From Bacteroidota bacterium (lineage in GTDB: Bacteria > Bacteroidota > Bacteroidia > Chitinophagales > Chitinophagaceae), in the NCBI GenBank assembly GCA_016711825.1, contig JADJSG010000006.1:717232-781231 (forward strand): DNA of 64,000 nt, in the 5' to 3' direction. Each line of letters starts with the position of its first letter. The first letter of the stretch is position 1. The notes beneath the pieces are model-generated. The model was not told the DNA's origin. It searched no databases and saw only the letters and a program-made list of their open reading frames with translations. Below, piece by piece: positions 8,750-19,371 of the stretch. The translations under genes and the position numbers were made by a program.

Positions 8750-11498
8750 TTAATGCCCAAAAATGACTTTCTTCGTAATATTGTTATGGCTTGTTTTTAA
8801 GGTTAAAAAATAAATCCCTGCTTGTATTTTATTTGAAAAATACATGGGGTGCTGGTATTTACCTTTTTGCTCTTTTGATGAAGATAGTTGATTGATTGTT
8901 TTACCTGTTAAATCTGTAAGAATGATTGCATAATGCTCATCTGTGGTCATATTGACTGTTATCATCATCATTTGTTCATTAACAGGGTTGGGGAAAAAAT
9001 TAAAATCATTCAAATTTTCATTGTCAAAAAGGCAACCCGGTCTGCCAATGGTATGATAAGTAGTATTGGTGGTAATGGGTTCATTAAAATCGAAATAAAT
9101 GGCTGCGTTGTTATTGATAACTGTTCCGTCCATGCATTTTTTAGGCATAATGGAGTAGGTTAAAAAACCTATACTTTTATCATAATCTTTGTTACTGTCA
9201 ACCAATAGAATGTTGTCGAAATAAAATTGCAATTGTCTATTTACAACCTTATAATGCATCGGGTGTGAGGATTTTTTCACCACCAAGGTATTGATATCAA
9301 AATGATCATCCAGCTCATCAAATATCTTGATATTAAACGCTGTGTCAGTCCCGGTATTTTGAAATTCTACATAATAATGAATGGGAATATTGTTTTCAAT
9401 AAAATGTTGGGGGCCAATGCCCACTGGGTTTGCAGCTTTGTAGTTGGGGTCATATGAACCAATAACGATACCATTGGTGGTATCTGTATTGTTTGGTAAA
9501 TAATTATCACCCACAGTTTGTACATAAACGTTGTGTTGATATAAATAATTTAAGGGTGCTTGTACCTGATTTAATACGATAAACTCCTTTATTTCACCTG
9601 GATTCATAGAATCGATATGCCAATATAAAGTATTTCCTGAAATGGAATCGGGCATAGGAGTAGATCCTGTTCAATGAAAATAGCGTATCCATTTTACCTA
9701 TCAATGTAGAATGAATCACTTTTTGAATACTCAAGTTTTCTACATCTATAATTGTAAATTGTTGAAATCCTGGTCTTGCTAAGCCTGAAACCATATTACA
9801 TGCCAAATCTAAATTAGGTACTTTTATTTTCAATCCAAAATGTAAAGAGTCATTGATTCCATTTGCCATGTTTACGGTATAGCTATTGTTGACATTGCAC
9901 AAATAAGCATTGTCAAATTTTGAAATATATTCTACCGTTGCAATGCCACTCGATTTTGAAAAAGAATATCTTCCTTCCTTGTCTGTTTTCGTGTAAATAT
10001 CTTCGGGCATCAAATGAACAATATTATTTTCTACAATGGTCTCGGTACTATCATAAAGACAGTCATTTTGTGTATCAAAAAAAACCTTTCCCTGAAGGTC
10101 ATCAACACAATTGTAACATATTTTTTGTATGAAAATGGGAGAGGCACTTATATTTTGACCTAGTATTGAATCATACAGATGATTTCTATGAGTCTCACTA
10201 ATTAAGATTAAATCATTATTATTATCATGTAATAATATATTTTTCACAGCAAATCCTAATATAAGATATTGGTAATTAGGACAATATACTTGCTCAATAT
10301 ATTCTGATTAGATCCTATTCTAAATAATCCTACTGAAATTCCAAATAATTTGGATCATTAAGTGCACTTCAACACCAATGACAAAAACAACAAAATACTG
10401 TCATATTAATACCATACTCAGGGCCAACAAATTCAACAGAATTTTCATCTAGTTGTACTAAATTGGTATCATACCTTCAGGTCAATTGACCAAATTTAGC
10501 ACCACAATCATTGATAGCGAAAATATTATTGGAAACAGTATCAAAAATACAATCAATCTGGATGATACCGCAAATTTTCCTCGCATCAAATCTCCAGTGC
10601 CTAAGTATAATTCTACTAAATGGCCACAAACCAAGTACAAAGAATTCATTAAAAAATTTAAATTTGTATGGGTATACATAATAGTTCAGTTAAAGTATTG
10701 CATGTAGCCAAATTGTATCACCATTAAATCTATTTATTTGAACTATAAAAATTCGTGTCATAATTTTGAGCTATCTCCAATCATTAGAGTAACCTAAACT
10801 GATCACTAATGAATCCTTTAACATACATCACAGGCCTGTCTTCTAAGCCTTGGGTTCATCTTGCAAATCCACATGATTTCTGGCTATTAAATAGTATATT
10901 AAAATTTTTATCATACCTTCTTGCCATGATATCAATATTGGTATAATGATCAAATGTATGAGAAAGAAAAATATCTCCATTGGGCATAACTTCAATGCCG
11001 TATAAATCTTCCCCATCGGTGCTTGAATCTTGGAGATAATCCATTTTTGAATCATTAAATGCCCATCCTTTGCCATTTAGTAAGCAAAATAAATCTTTGA
11101 TATCCTCCTAATACTAAACAACATGTCATTACCTCCTATTATAAAGCAAATATTATCATCTATATCCACATAAAGTTTTGCCACTCGATCAAATCTAGTG
11201 ACCATTGAATCGTTCTGACTGAAAGGGAACAGTAATCTTTCCCATTGTAAAATGCCTAATGGAGAATACTTTCTGATAATTGAAAGCCTTAAATGTGTCT
11301 CTGCCATTCGTTACATATGAAAAATAAATATTATTTCCATTATTTATCTAAAACAGCACTTTGCATAAACCAATTGCCATTTTGATATTTATAAGCAGTA
11401 TCGTTTAAATAATGTTTCCACTGAATTTCACTTCCAGCAAAAGAAACTTTGGCTACAAACAAAAAATTAATTAGCAATATCGTTATAAATTTTTTCAT
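8750..11498 (-). pseudogene. Multiply disrupted T9SS cargo gene
   Basis: The signal-peptide start MKKFITILLINFLFVAKVSFA at 11498 reaches a stop after ~51 codons. Fragments 11307-11077, 11044-10856, 10679-10482, 10247-9594 and 9655-8750 lie in different frames. The last fragment carries SYDPNYK and a FFPNPV...GIYFLTL CTD. Confidence 0.75.
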
Positions 11499-11709
11499 CC
11501 TTTTTACTACTACAAATATACTTTTTATTTTATGGAATCATGACCCTTTAACAATACACCCGATTGATGCCTATACTGATTCACTTTGCATAAAGTAATA
11601 TGCCCATTTTTATTTTGCAAAACCATTCCTAATTCGTCAACCCCTACATTTCATCAAATAGGACCTCTTTCTGTGCAATAAATCAATTATTCTCTTTATT
11701 TTTACCTTT

Positions 11710-12729
11710 ATGATCATCGATGTACGCTCAGACACTTTTACCAAACCTACACCCGCTATGCTTCAAGCCATGATGAATACCTCAGTTGGCGATGATGTTT
11801 TTGGCGAAGACCCCACCGTAAATGAACTTGAGCAAAAAGTAGCCGCCTTATTTGGCATGGAATCCGCTTTATTTTGCCCCAGTGGCACTATGACTAACCA
11901 GATAGCCATTAAATGCCATACAGAGCCTGGAAATGAGGTTATTTGCGATAAAACAAGCCATGTGTATATTTATGAGGGGGGTGGTATCGCTTTCAACAGT
12001 GCTTGTCAGGTACAGGCCCTTCATGGCGATCGGGGGCGCTTAAATGCAAGCCAAATTTTAGCCGCTATTAATCCTGATGACATACACAAACCGCCTACAG
12101 CACTGGTTTCACTTGAAAACACCGCAAATCGTGGAGGTGGAAGCTGTTATGCCTGGCAAGAACTTCTTCAAATTAAAAAGGTATGTACTGAAAATAATTT
12201 AAAACTACATCTCGATGGTGCCCGTTTATGGAATGCCCTGGTGGCAAAACAAGAAACTCCCCATCAATATGGACAACTTTTTGATTCTATTTCCGTTTGT
12301 TTGAGCAAAGGGCTGGGTGCTCCAGTGGGTAGTTTGGTGTTAGGCAAAACCGACTTTATCAAAAAAGCACGTAGGATACGAAAAATATTTGGTGGGGGTA
12401 TGCGTCAGGCTGGATATTTAGCCGCAGCAGGTATTTACGCCCTTGATCATCATATGGAACGATTACAGATTGACCATCAACATGCATTAATCATTGCTGA
12501 TGCCCTTCAACAATGTAAGTATGTTAAAAATATATTGCCTGTTGAAACAAATATTATCCTATTTGATACCCTTGATGACTTTCCTGCTGCAAAGTTTGTG
12601 GAAATCCTGGCTAAAAATGGCATAAAAGCAATGGCTTTAGCACCCCAACAAGTTCGTTTTGTAACCCATCTTGATATCAGTGAAGAAATGGTTGCTAAAC
12701 TCGTGAAAATATTAATCGAAATGCAATAA
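11710..12729 (+). CDS. ltaE: Low-specificity L-threonine aldolase (PLP)
   Basis: IDVRSDTFTKPT N-terminus, PSGTMTNQ, SLENT and SKGLGAP (PLP Lys) motifs. 339 aa. Confidence 0.85.
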   Translation: MIIDVRSDTFTKPTPAMLQAMMNTSVGDDVFGEDPTVNELEQKVAALFGMESALFCPSGTMTNQIAIKCHTEPGNEVICDKTSHVYIYEGGGIAFNSACQVQALHGDRGRLNASQILAAINPDDIHKPPTALVSLENTANRGGGSCYAWQELLQIKKVCTENNLKLHLDGARLWNALVAKQETPHQYGQLFDSISVCLSKGLGAPVGSLVLGKTDFIKKARRIRKIFGGGMRQAGYLAAAGIYALDHHMERLQIDHQHALIIADALQQCKYVKNILPVETNIILFDTLDDFPAAKFVEILAKNGIKAMALAPQQVRFVTHLDISEEMVAKLVKILIEMQ

Positions 12730-12744
12730 GTGCGCTTATATACT

Positions 12745-12752
12745 TATCTTTG
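12745..12752 (+). promoter_or_regulatory. Candidate -7 box (TATCTTTG)
   Basis: TAnnTTTG match 55 nt upstream of the mnmG ATG. Confidence 0.3.
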
Positions 12753-12806
12753 CTTCTTTAATTCATTACCTCTTTAGGTTTATTTTCAAATCCTATCCAT
12801 TAATAT

Positions 12807-14714
12807 ATGTTTCCTTTATACGATGTCATAGTAGTAGGCGCTGGTCATGCGGGTTGTGAAGCCGCTGCCGCTGCTGCCAATTTAGGCTCTAAAACGCTAC
12901 TCATTACCATGAATATGCAAACCATTGCACAAATGAGTTGCAATCCAGCAATGGGTGGCATTGCCAAAGGACAAATTGTACGTGAAATTGACGCATTAGG
13001 GGGTTACAGCGGCATCGTTTCAGACATGAGTATGATACAGTTTAGGATGCTAAACAAAAGCAAAGGACCGGCTATGTGGAGCCCTCGTACACAAAACGAC
13101 CGGCATCTTTTTGCGGCTACCTGGCGCGAAAAACTTGAAAATACCCCTAACTTAGATATCTGGCAAGACTCGGTCAATGGTTTGATTGTTTCACGTGGAA
13201 CCATTGAGGGTGTACGTACTAATTTAGGCATAGAAATAAGAGGGAAGTCTGTGGTACTCACCAATGGTACCTTTTTAAATGGCATTATTCATATAGGAGA
13301 TAAACAATTTGGCGGCGGAAGAATTGGGGAGAATAAAGCAACGGGTATTACTGAACAATTACTCGAACTTGGTTTTGAAAGCGATCGTTTAAAAACGGGC
13401 ACGCCACCACGACTGGATGGAAGAAGTCTTGATTATAGCAAAATGGAGATTCAAGATGGTGATGAGGATGTGGTTGGATTTTCATATTTGGGCAATCAGC
13501 ATCCTTTTGCAAAAGAAGGACTTAAGGATTCCACTTTGCAACATACTCCCAAAAAGCAACGTTGTTGCTGGGTAACGTATACCGATGACAAAGTGCATGA
13601 AATGCTCAAAACAGGTTTCGACCGCTCACCAATGTTTCAGGGCAGAATTGAAGGTACAGGACCACGTTATTGTCCTAGTATAGAAGATAAAATCAATCGT
13701 TTTGCTGATAGAGATCGTCATCAATTATTTGTAGAACCAGAAGGTTGGAATACCATAGAAATCTATTTAAATGGATTTTCTACATCTTTACCTGAAGAAG
13801 TACAATATAAAGCCCTAAAATTAATACCTGGCTTAGAAAATGTGAAAATGTTTCGTCCTGGTTACGCCATAGAATACGATTATTTTCCACCTACCCAATT
13901 AAGTTATACCTTAGAAACCAAGTTAATAAAAAATCTTTTCTTTGCTGGGCAAATCAATGGCACTACCGGATATGAAGAAGCCGCCTGTCAAGGACTTATA
14001 GCTGGTATCAATGCGCACCAAAATGTTCAAGAAAAAGAACCCTTTACACTCAGTAGAAGCCAGGCTTATATAGGTGTATTGATAGACGACCTGATTAATA
14101 AAGGCACGGACGAACCTTATCGAATGTTTACCTCTCGTGCTGAATACCGTACTTTACTCCGTCAAGATAATGCCGATATACGTCTTACCGAAATGAGCCA
14201 TAAAATAGGACTCGCCTCAGATGAAAGAATGTTTCACGTGAAACATAAAATAGAAACCGTAGAAGCCATTAAAAACGCTATGAAGAATATTTCATTTGAA
14301 CCTTCTCAAATTAATAATTATTTCGAAAGCATACAGTCATCCCCATTAACAGAAAGAACCAATAGCATTAAAATACTCTTACGTCCTAATGTAAGTTTAC
14401 CTTTAATGGCTACTTATTCAGAGGAGCTCAGTTCATTATTAAAAGATGTTTCACGTGAAACAATTGAACAAGTCGAAATTCAACTTAAATACGATAGCTA
14501 TATCGAAAAAGAAAAAGAATTGGTAGCCAAAGCCAATTCATTAGAGGAATTAATCATTCCTGAAAATTTTGATTATGAAAACCTTAAATCCTTGTCTTCT
14601 GAAGGGAAGCAAAAGTTTATTAAAATAAAACCGCGAACACTTGGTCAAGCCGGTCGTATCAGTGGCGTTAATCCAACTGATGTGCAAATATTAATGGTTT
14701 ATATGGGCAGATAG
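12807..14714 (+). CDS. mnmG: tRNA uridine 5-carboxymethylaminomethyl modification enzyme MnmG (GidA)
   Basis: FAD motif YDVIVVGAGHAGCEAA. 635 aa, collinear with MnmG, including GQINGTTGYEEAA and the C-terminal GQAGRISGVNPTD. Confidence 0.95.
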   Translation: MFPLYDVIVVGAGHAGCEAAAAAANLGSKTLLITMNMQTIAQMSCNPAMGGIAKGQIVREIDALGGYSGIVSDMSMIQFRMLNKSKGPAMWSPRTQNDRHLFAATWREKLENTPNLDIWQDSVNGLIVSRGTIEGVRTNLGIEIRGKSVVLTNGTFLNGIIHIGDKQFGGGRIGENKATGITEQLLELGFESDRLKTGTPPRLDGRSLDYSKMEIQDGDEDVVGFSYLGNQHPFAKEGLKDSTLQHTPKKQRCCWVTYTDDKVHEMLKTGFDRSPMFQGRIEGTGPRYCPSIEDKINRFADRDRHQLFVEPEGWNTIEIYLNGFSTSLPEEVQYKALKLIPGLENVKMFRPGYAIEYDYFPPTQLSYTLETKLIKNLFFAGQINGTTGYEEAACQGLIAGINAHQNVQEKEPFTLSRSQAYIGVLIDDLINKGTDEPYRMFTSRAEYRTLLRQDNADIRLTEMSHKIGLASDERMFHVKHKIETVEAIKNAMKNISFEPSQINNYFESIQSSPLTERTNSIKILLRPNVSLPLMATYSEELSSLLKDVSRETIEQVEIQLKYDSYIEKEKELVAKANSLEELIIPENFDYENLKSLSSEGKQKFIKIKPRTLGQAGRISGVNPTDVQILMVYMGR

Positions 14715-14832
14715 GGTTTGTTTTTTTAAAATTCATCAACACTGTTTGTATCGTTGGAATAAAGTAAAATATATATATAAAATATATAAATATTACGTTG
14801 TGCTTATATAAGAGAACAATAAATTACTGAGT

Positions 14833-15030
14833 AGAACACGGATGGTAAAGATGGAAAGATTTACAAGGATATTGATGTATTTCATATAAAATATCAAAAA
14901 ACAGGCGTTTTAGGATAAATGAAAATGAAAGATTTCAAGGATTTAGATGTATTATATACAAATTATCAGAAAATAGGAGAACGATGATAGAATTGATGGA
15001 AATTTTTTCAAAGATGTTTAAAATTTAAAC
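14833..15030. repeat. Degenerate ~73-bp tandem repeats with a GAACACGGAT head
   Basis: TAGAACACGGATGG is followed by unit 1 (14851-14907, ATGGAAAGATTTACAAGGATATTGATGTATT...), unit 2 (14924-14979, AATGAAAGATTTCAAGGATTTAGATGTATT...) and a weaker third copy. Confidence 0.6.
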
Positions 15031-15172
15031 ATTCTCACCTGATTTCATAGATTATACCACTATTTTATATCTGTTACAATGATTCCACAGTACTTATTGA
15101 TGTTCAATATTCTCCCAGATACTTGGAGAATAAGAAAATTATTTCCTATATTTATACACTCAATCAACCATT

Positions 15173-16459
15173 ATGTTTTTGAATACACGTAGACACTTTC
15201 TACAAAAAACCGGATTAGCCTCATTAAGTCTTTTGTTCGCATCAGATACTTGGGGAAAAAACCTCCAAAATGCACTGGATAATCATCAACAAATAGATGC
15301 AGAAACCTTAGCCACTTCAGAAGATTTCTGGCATTATGTACAACAATCCTATACCACCTCAGGAAGTATCATTAACCTGAATAATGGCGGGGTAAGTCCA
15401 TCCCCAAAAATTGTTCAGGATGCCATGAAAAGATACCACGACATGAGCAATGAAGCTCCCAGCTATTATATGTGGCGTATCCTAGATCAGGGACGTGAAC
15501 CCCTCAGAGAAAGATTAGCCCAACTTGCAGATGTAAGTGCAGAAGAAATCGCGTTACATAGAAACGCTTCAGAAGCATTAGAAACCATCATATTTGGTTT
15601 AAACCTTAAGGCGGGTGATGAAGTTGTACTTTCTAAACAAGATTATCCTAATATGATCAATGCCTGGAAACAACGTGAAATGCGAGATGGTATTAAACTA
15701 GTATGGGTAAATCACGAATTGCCATCTGTTGATAATGATTATTTGGCCAACAATTATATAGATCTGTTTACAGCACGAACAAAAGTGGTACATATCACCC
15801 ATATCATCAATTGGAATGGACAAATACTACCCGTTCGTCAAATCGCAGATATTGCCAAAAAACAAGGAATTGAAGTGCTAGTAGATGGTGCCCATTCATT
15901 CGCTCATTTTGATTTTAGCATTACAGATTTACAGTGCGATTATTTTGGAACCAGCCTGCACAAATGGCTGGGAGCCACAATAGGTACGGGTTTCATGTAT
16001 GTGCGAAAGGAAAAAATTAAATCTTTATTTCCCCTTTTTGGTGTTGATGATCCACTAAAAGACGATATTAGAAAATTTGAAGCCTTGGGAACTCGTCCAT
16101 TTTTTATAGAACAGGCTATTGAAAAAGCCATCGATTTTCATAAAATGATTGGGATAGAACGCAAAGAAGCCCGACTAAATTATCTTAAAAATTATTGGAT
16201 CAATCAAGTCAAAGATTTACCGAATATCATCATCAACACACCTTTGCAGAAAGGATTTAGTTGTGCCATCGCCAATATTGCTATTAAAGATAAAAAACAT
16301 GAAGACCTAGATACCTTTCTATTTGAAAAATATAAAATACATGTTGTGTCTATAACCTGGGAAAATATCAAAGGGATACGTATCACGCCAAATGTATATA
16401 CTACCTTAGAAAATTTAGATAGATTAGTGGAAGGTATTCGAAAATTTGCCACGTCTTAG
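15173..16459 (+). CDS. Class V aminotransferase-fold PLP enzyme with a twin-arginine (Tat) signal
   Basis: TRRHFLQK followed by the hydrophobic stretch GLASLSLLFAS. Fold-type I/class V hallmarks including GTSLHKW (PLP Lys). Confidence 0.75.
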   Translation: MFLNTRRHFLQKTGLASLSLLFASDTWGKNLQNALDNHQQIDAETLATSEDFWHYVQQSYTTSGSIINLNNGGVSPSPKIVQDAMKRYHDMSNEAPSYYMWRILDQGREPLRERLAQLADVSAEEIALHRNASEALETIIFGLNLKAGDEVVLSKQDYPNMINAWKQREMRDGIKLVWVNHELPSVDNDYLANNYIDLFTARTKVVHITHIINWNGQILPVRQIADIAKKQGIEVLVDGAHSFAHFDFSITDLQCDYFGTSLHKWLGATIGTGFMYVRKEKIKSLFPLFGVDDPLKDDIRKFEALGTRPFFIEQAIEKAIDFHKMIGIERKEARLNYLKNYWINQVKDLPNIIINTPLQKGFSCAIANIAIKDKKHEDLDTFLFEKYKIHVVSITWENIKGIRITPNVYTTLENLDRLVEGIRKFATS

Positions 16460-16488
16460 GGACTAATCTAAAACTGTAGCTTATATTG

Positions 16489-17205
16489 TTAATACCATTG
16501 CCATCTATCACTATTATACCCTTTTGGGCCACCTAATTTGGCATAAAATCCGATTTGAGCCAAAGCTTTTGAATAACCAACTTCTAAATACATACCTGCG
16601 TTATTACTAAAAGGCACCTTCATACCAAATACTTCTTCAATGGCAATGGGTAAAGTGGTAAAAATGCCATTTAAATAATCATTAAAATCATCTACATATA
16701 CCTGATCTTCAGGGGTCAGTACATTACCAGAAAGTAATTGTTCTAACTTAACCCTAGTATGGGCATACCCAACACCAAAGCCATAATAAATATCAATTTT
16801 TGATGGATTTTTAATAAAGTGAATATTCATTCTTAGCATCGCATTGATACTCGAATAATTGAAATTGGTTACACTTGACACATAATTATCATCAATATCT
16901 AAATAATCAGCCGTTAGTTTAAATTTACCAAATTCGGCATTCGCACTCAAACCTAAACCAACACGTCCACCTATCATTTTATCATATCTAAAATGAAAAG
17001 GTCCTAAGCCCTTATAACTAAAAGCGGTAGTCACATCTGCATCTTCAGTCGTTAAGGCAAATTTAAATACAGACCCCATAATTTGCATCGCACTCGGAAA
17101 ACCATACCCAATTTGTATTGTACTTGTTCCCTTCTGTACAATCTGTGCTGAAGCTATATTCATACATAAAATAGATAAAAATAGTGTCGTAAAAAGTGAT
17201 TTCAT
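16489..17205 (-). CDS. Outer-membrane beta-barrel (porin-family) protein
   Basis: Signal peptide ...MNIASA|Q. Alternating aromatic/Gly-rich strands. C-terminal aromatic residues (WQWY). Confidence 0.55.
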   Translation of the reverse strand: MKSLFTTLFLSILCMNIASAQIVQKGTSTIQIGYGFPSAMQIMGSVFKFALTTEDADVTTAFSYKGLGPFHFRYDKMIGGRVGLGLSANAEFGKFKLTADYLDIDDNYVSSVTNFNYSSINAMLRMNIHFIKNPSKIDIYYGFGVGYAHTRVKLEQLLSGNVLTPEDQVYVDDFNDYLNGIFTTLPIAIEEVFGMKVPFSNNAGMYLEVGYSKALAQIGFYAKLGGPKGYNSDRWQWY

Positions 17206-17266
17206 CTTAAAATTTTTTTAAAAATAATATTTATAATTAAGAGTACAAATATTTTTTCAAATCAAG

Positions 17267-17274
17267 TACTTTTG
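17267..17274 (+). promoter_or_regulatory. Candidate -7 box (TACTTTTG) for glnS
   Basis: TAnnTTTG match 19 nt upstream of the ATG at 17293. It overlaps the TTG that the ORF track used as the start. Confidence 0.4.
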
Positions 17275-17292
17275 TTCACAAAACATCCCTGT

Positions 17293-18960
17293 ATGAGCGA
17301 AGAAAAATCATTGAATTTTTTAGAAGAAATAATCGAAGAAGACCTTAAAAACAATACCCATCAGGGGAGGGTACATACCCGTTTCCCTCCCGAACCTAAT
17401 GGCTATTTACACATAGGTCATGCAAAAAGCATCTGTGTTAATTTTGGTTTGGCGCAAAAATACAATGGTAAGTGCAATCTAAGGTTTGATGATACCAACC
17501 CAAGTACTGAAGAAACAGCCTATGTAGAAAGTATAAAAACTGATATAGAATGGTTGGGATTTAAATGGGACCATGAGTACTATACATCTGATTATTTTGG
17601 CACATTATACCAATATGCACAACAATTAATCCTTAAAGGACTTGCCTATGTAGACGATTCTACAGCTGAAGAAATGGCCACCCTTAAAGGCACACCCACC
17701 ACGGTTGGCGTTAACAGTCCTTACAGAAACAGAAGCATTGAAGAAAATGCTCAATTATTTGAAGAAATGCGCGCAGGTAAATACCCCGATGGCGCAAAAG
17801 TGTTAAGGGCTAAAATAGATATGAAACACGATAATATGCTTATGCGTGACCCGGTAATTTATCGTATCAAACATGCCCACCATCATCGTACTGGAGATGC
17901 ATGGTGTATATATCCTATGTATGACTTTGCCCATGGACAAAGTGATAGTATTGAAGAAATTACCCATTCAATATGTACGATGGAATTTATTCCTCATCGG
18001 GAATTGTATGACTGGCTTATTGAAAAATTAGAAATATTTCCCTCACATCAATATGAATTTGCCCGGGGAAATGTCAGCTATATGGTTACCAGTAAAAGAA
18101 GATTATTGCAATTGGTCAAAGAAAATCATGTTGCTGGCTGGGACGATCCACGTATGCCTACTATTAGTGGTTTAAGAAGAAGAGGTTATACCCCTGCTAG
18201 TATTCGAACATTTTGGGAACATGTAGGTGTAGCAAAAAGAGACAATACAATAGATATCAATTTACTTGAATTTTATATCCGGGAAGAATTAAATAAAGTA
18301 GCCCTTCGTAGAATGGCTGTGTTAGACCCCATTAAATTAATTATAAATAATTTAGATGAGCATGAAAGTATTTCACTACAAGCTGAAAACAACCATGAAG
18401 TAGAAAATGCTGGTGAAAGAACAATCAGTTTTAGTAAAAATCTCTGGATAGAAAGAGATGATTTTATGGAAAATCCGCCAAATAAGTACTTCCGATTAGG
18501 GCCAGGACTGAAAGTGCGTTTAAAACATGCCTTTATCATTGCTTGTACACACTTTACCAAAGATCAAAATGGACAAATTACAGAAGTGTATGCCGACTAC
18601 TACCCTGAAAGTAAAAGTGGACAAGATACAAGCGGTATCAAGGTAAAAGGGGTCATTCATTGGTTAGACGCAAGCTCAGCCAAACAAGCTGAAGTTAGAT
18701 TGTACGATCGTCTTTTTACTGTAGAAGATCCTACCAGCGAAACAGGCGATTTTAAAGATTATATTAATCCAAACAGTCTTACTATCATCCAAAATGCATG
18801 GATTGAACCTGCTCTCACATCAGCAAGCTTAGAAGATAAATTTCAATTTCTCCGTCTGGGGTACTTCTGCAAAGATCGTAATTCAACCAATGAGCATATC
18901 ATATTTAACCGAACAGTTGGATTAAAAGATTCATGGGCTAAAGAAGTTAAAAAAGGATAA
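17293..18960 (+). CDS. glnS: Glutamine--tRNA ligase
   Basis: Class I motifs LHIGHAKS (HIGH) and VTSKRR (MSK type). NFLEEIIEEDL N-terminus. The ATG at 17293 is preferred over the TTG at 17272. Confidence 0.93.
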   Translation: MSEEKSLNFLEEIIEEDLKNNTHQGRVHTRFPPEPNGYLHIGHAKSICVNFGLAQKYNGKCNLRFDDTNPSTEETAYVESIKTDIEWLGFKWDHEYYTSDYFGTLYQYAQQLILKGLAYVDDSTAEEMATLKGTPTTVGVNSPYRNRSIEENAQLFEEMRAGKYPDGAKVLRAKIDMKHDNMLMRDPVIYRIKHAHHHRTGDAWCIYPMYDFAHGQSDSIEEITHSICTMEFIPHRELYDWLIEKLEIFPSHQYEFARGNVSYMVTSKRRLLQLVKENHVAGWDDPRMPTISGLRRRGYTPASIRTFWEHVGVAKRDNTIDINLLEFYIREELNKVALRRMAVLDPIKLIINNLDEHESISLQAENNHEVENAGERTISFSKNLWIERDDFMENPPNKYFRLGPGLKVRLKHAFIIACTHFTKDQNGQITEVYADYYPESKSGQDTSGIKVKGVIHWLDASSAKQAEVRLYDRLFTVEDPTSETGDFKDYINPNSLTIIQNAWIEPALTSASLEDKFQFLRLGYFCKDRNSTNEHIIFNRTVGLKDSWAKEVKKG

Positions 18961-19371
18961 AGAGCCTAGCATACAATAGATAGCTTTTGTAAGTAATATT
19001 TAGTCCCTGAAAAAAGGGGGAATACTATGTATACAAAATGCATTTACAATATGGTATGATTAATATCAGTATTATGCATTCACATTATTACATGATAGCT
19101 GCTAACAATTTGACTAACTTTAATGTGTCATTGGTATAACATTAATTTTCAAATGATCAAAAATGAATGTATCAGAGGTATTCATATTTAATATTATAAA
19201 CATATAGACACTGAAGGATGCAATGCTTCAATCCATTTTAAATAGAATATTCAAATCAATCTTTATGGAATTAACGCATCTTTGTATCTTATACCGAATA
19301 TCATTTTAACGAGTCTAAAAATATTGGTTTAAAACCTACATACATAACCTATCAATAAAAACATAACATCT

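Noticed and set aside
14715-15172. An AT-rich tract (ATATATATAAAATATATAAATATTA) next to mnmG/gidA, the classical oriC neighbour in Proteobacteria.
   Set aside because: The best DnaA-box matches are only 6-7 of 9 (GATTCCACA, TTAGGATAA). The gap is better explained by the degenerate tandem repeats reported above.
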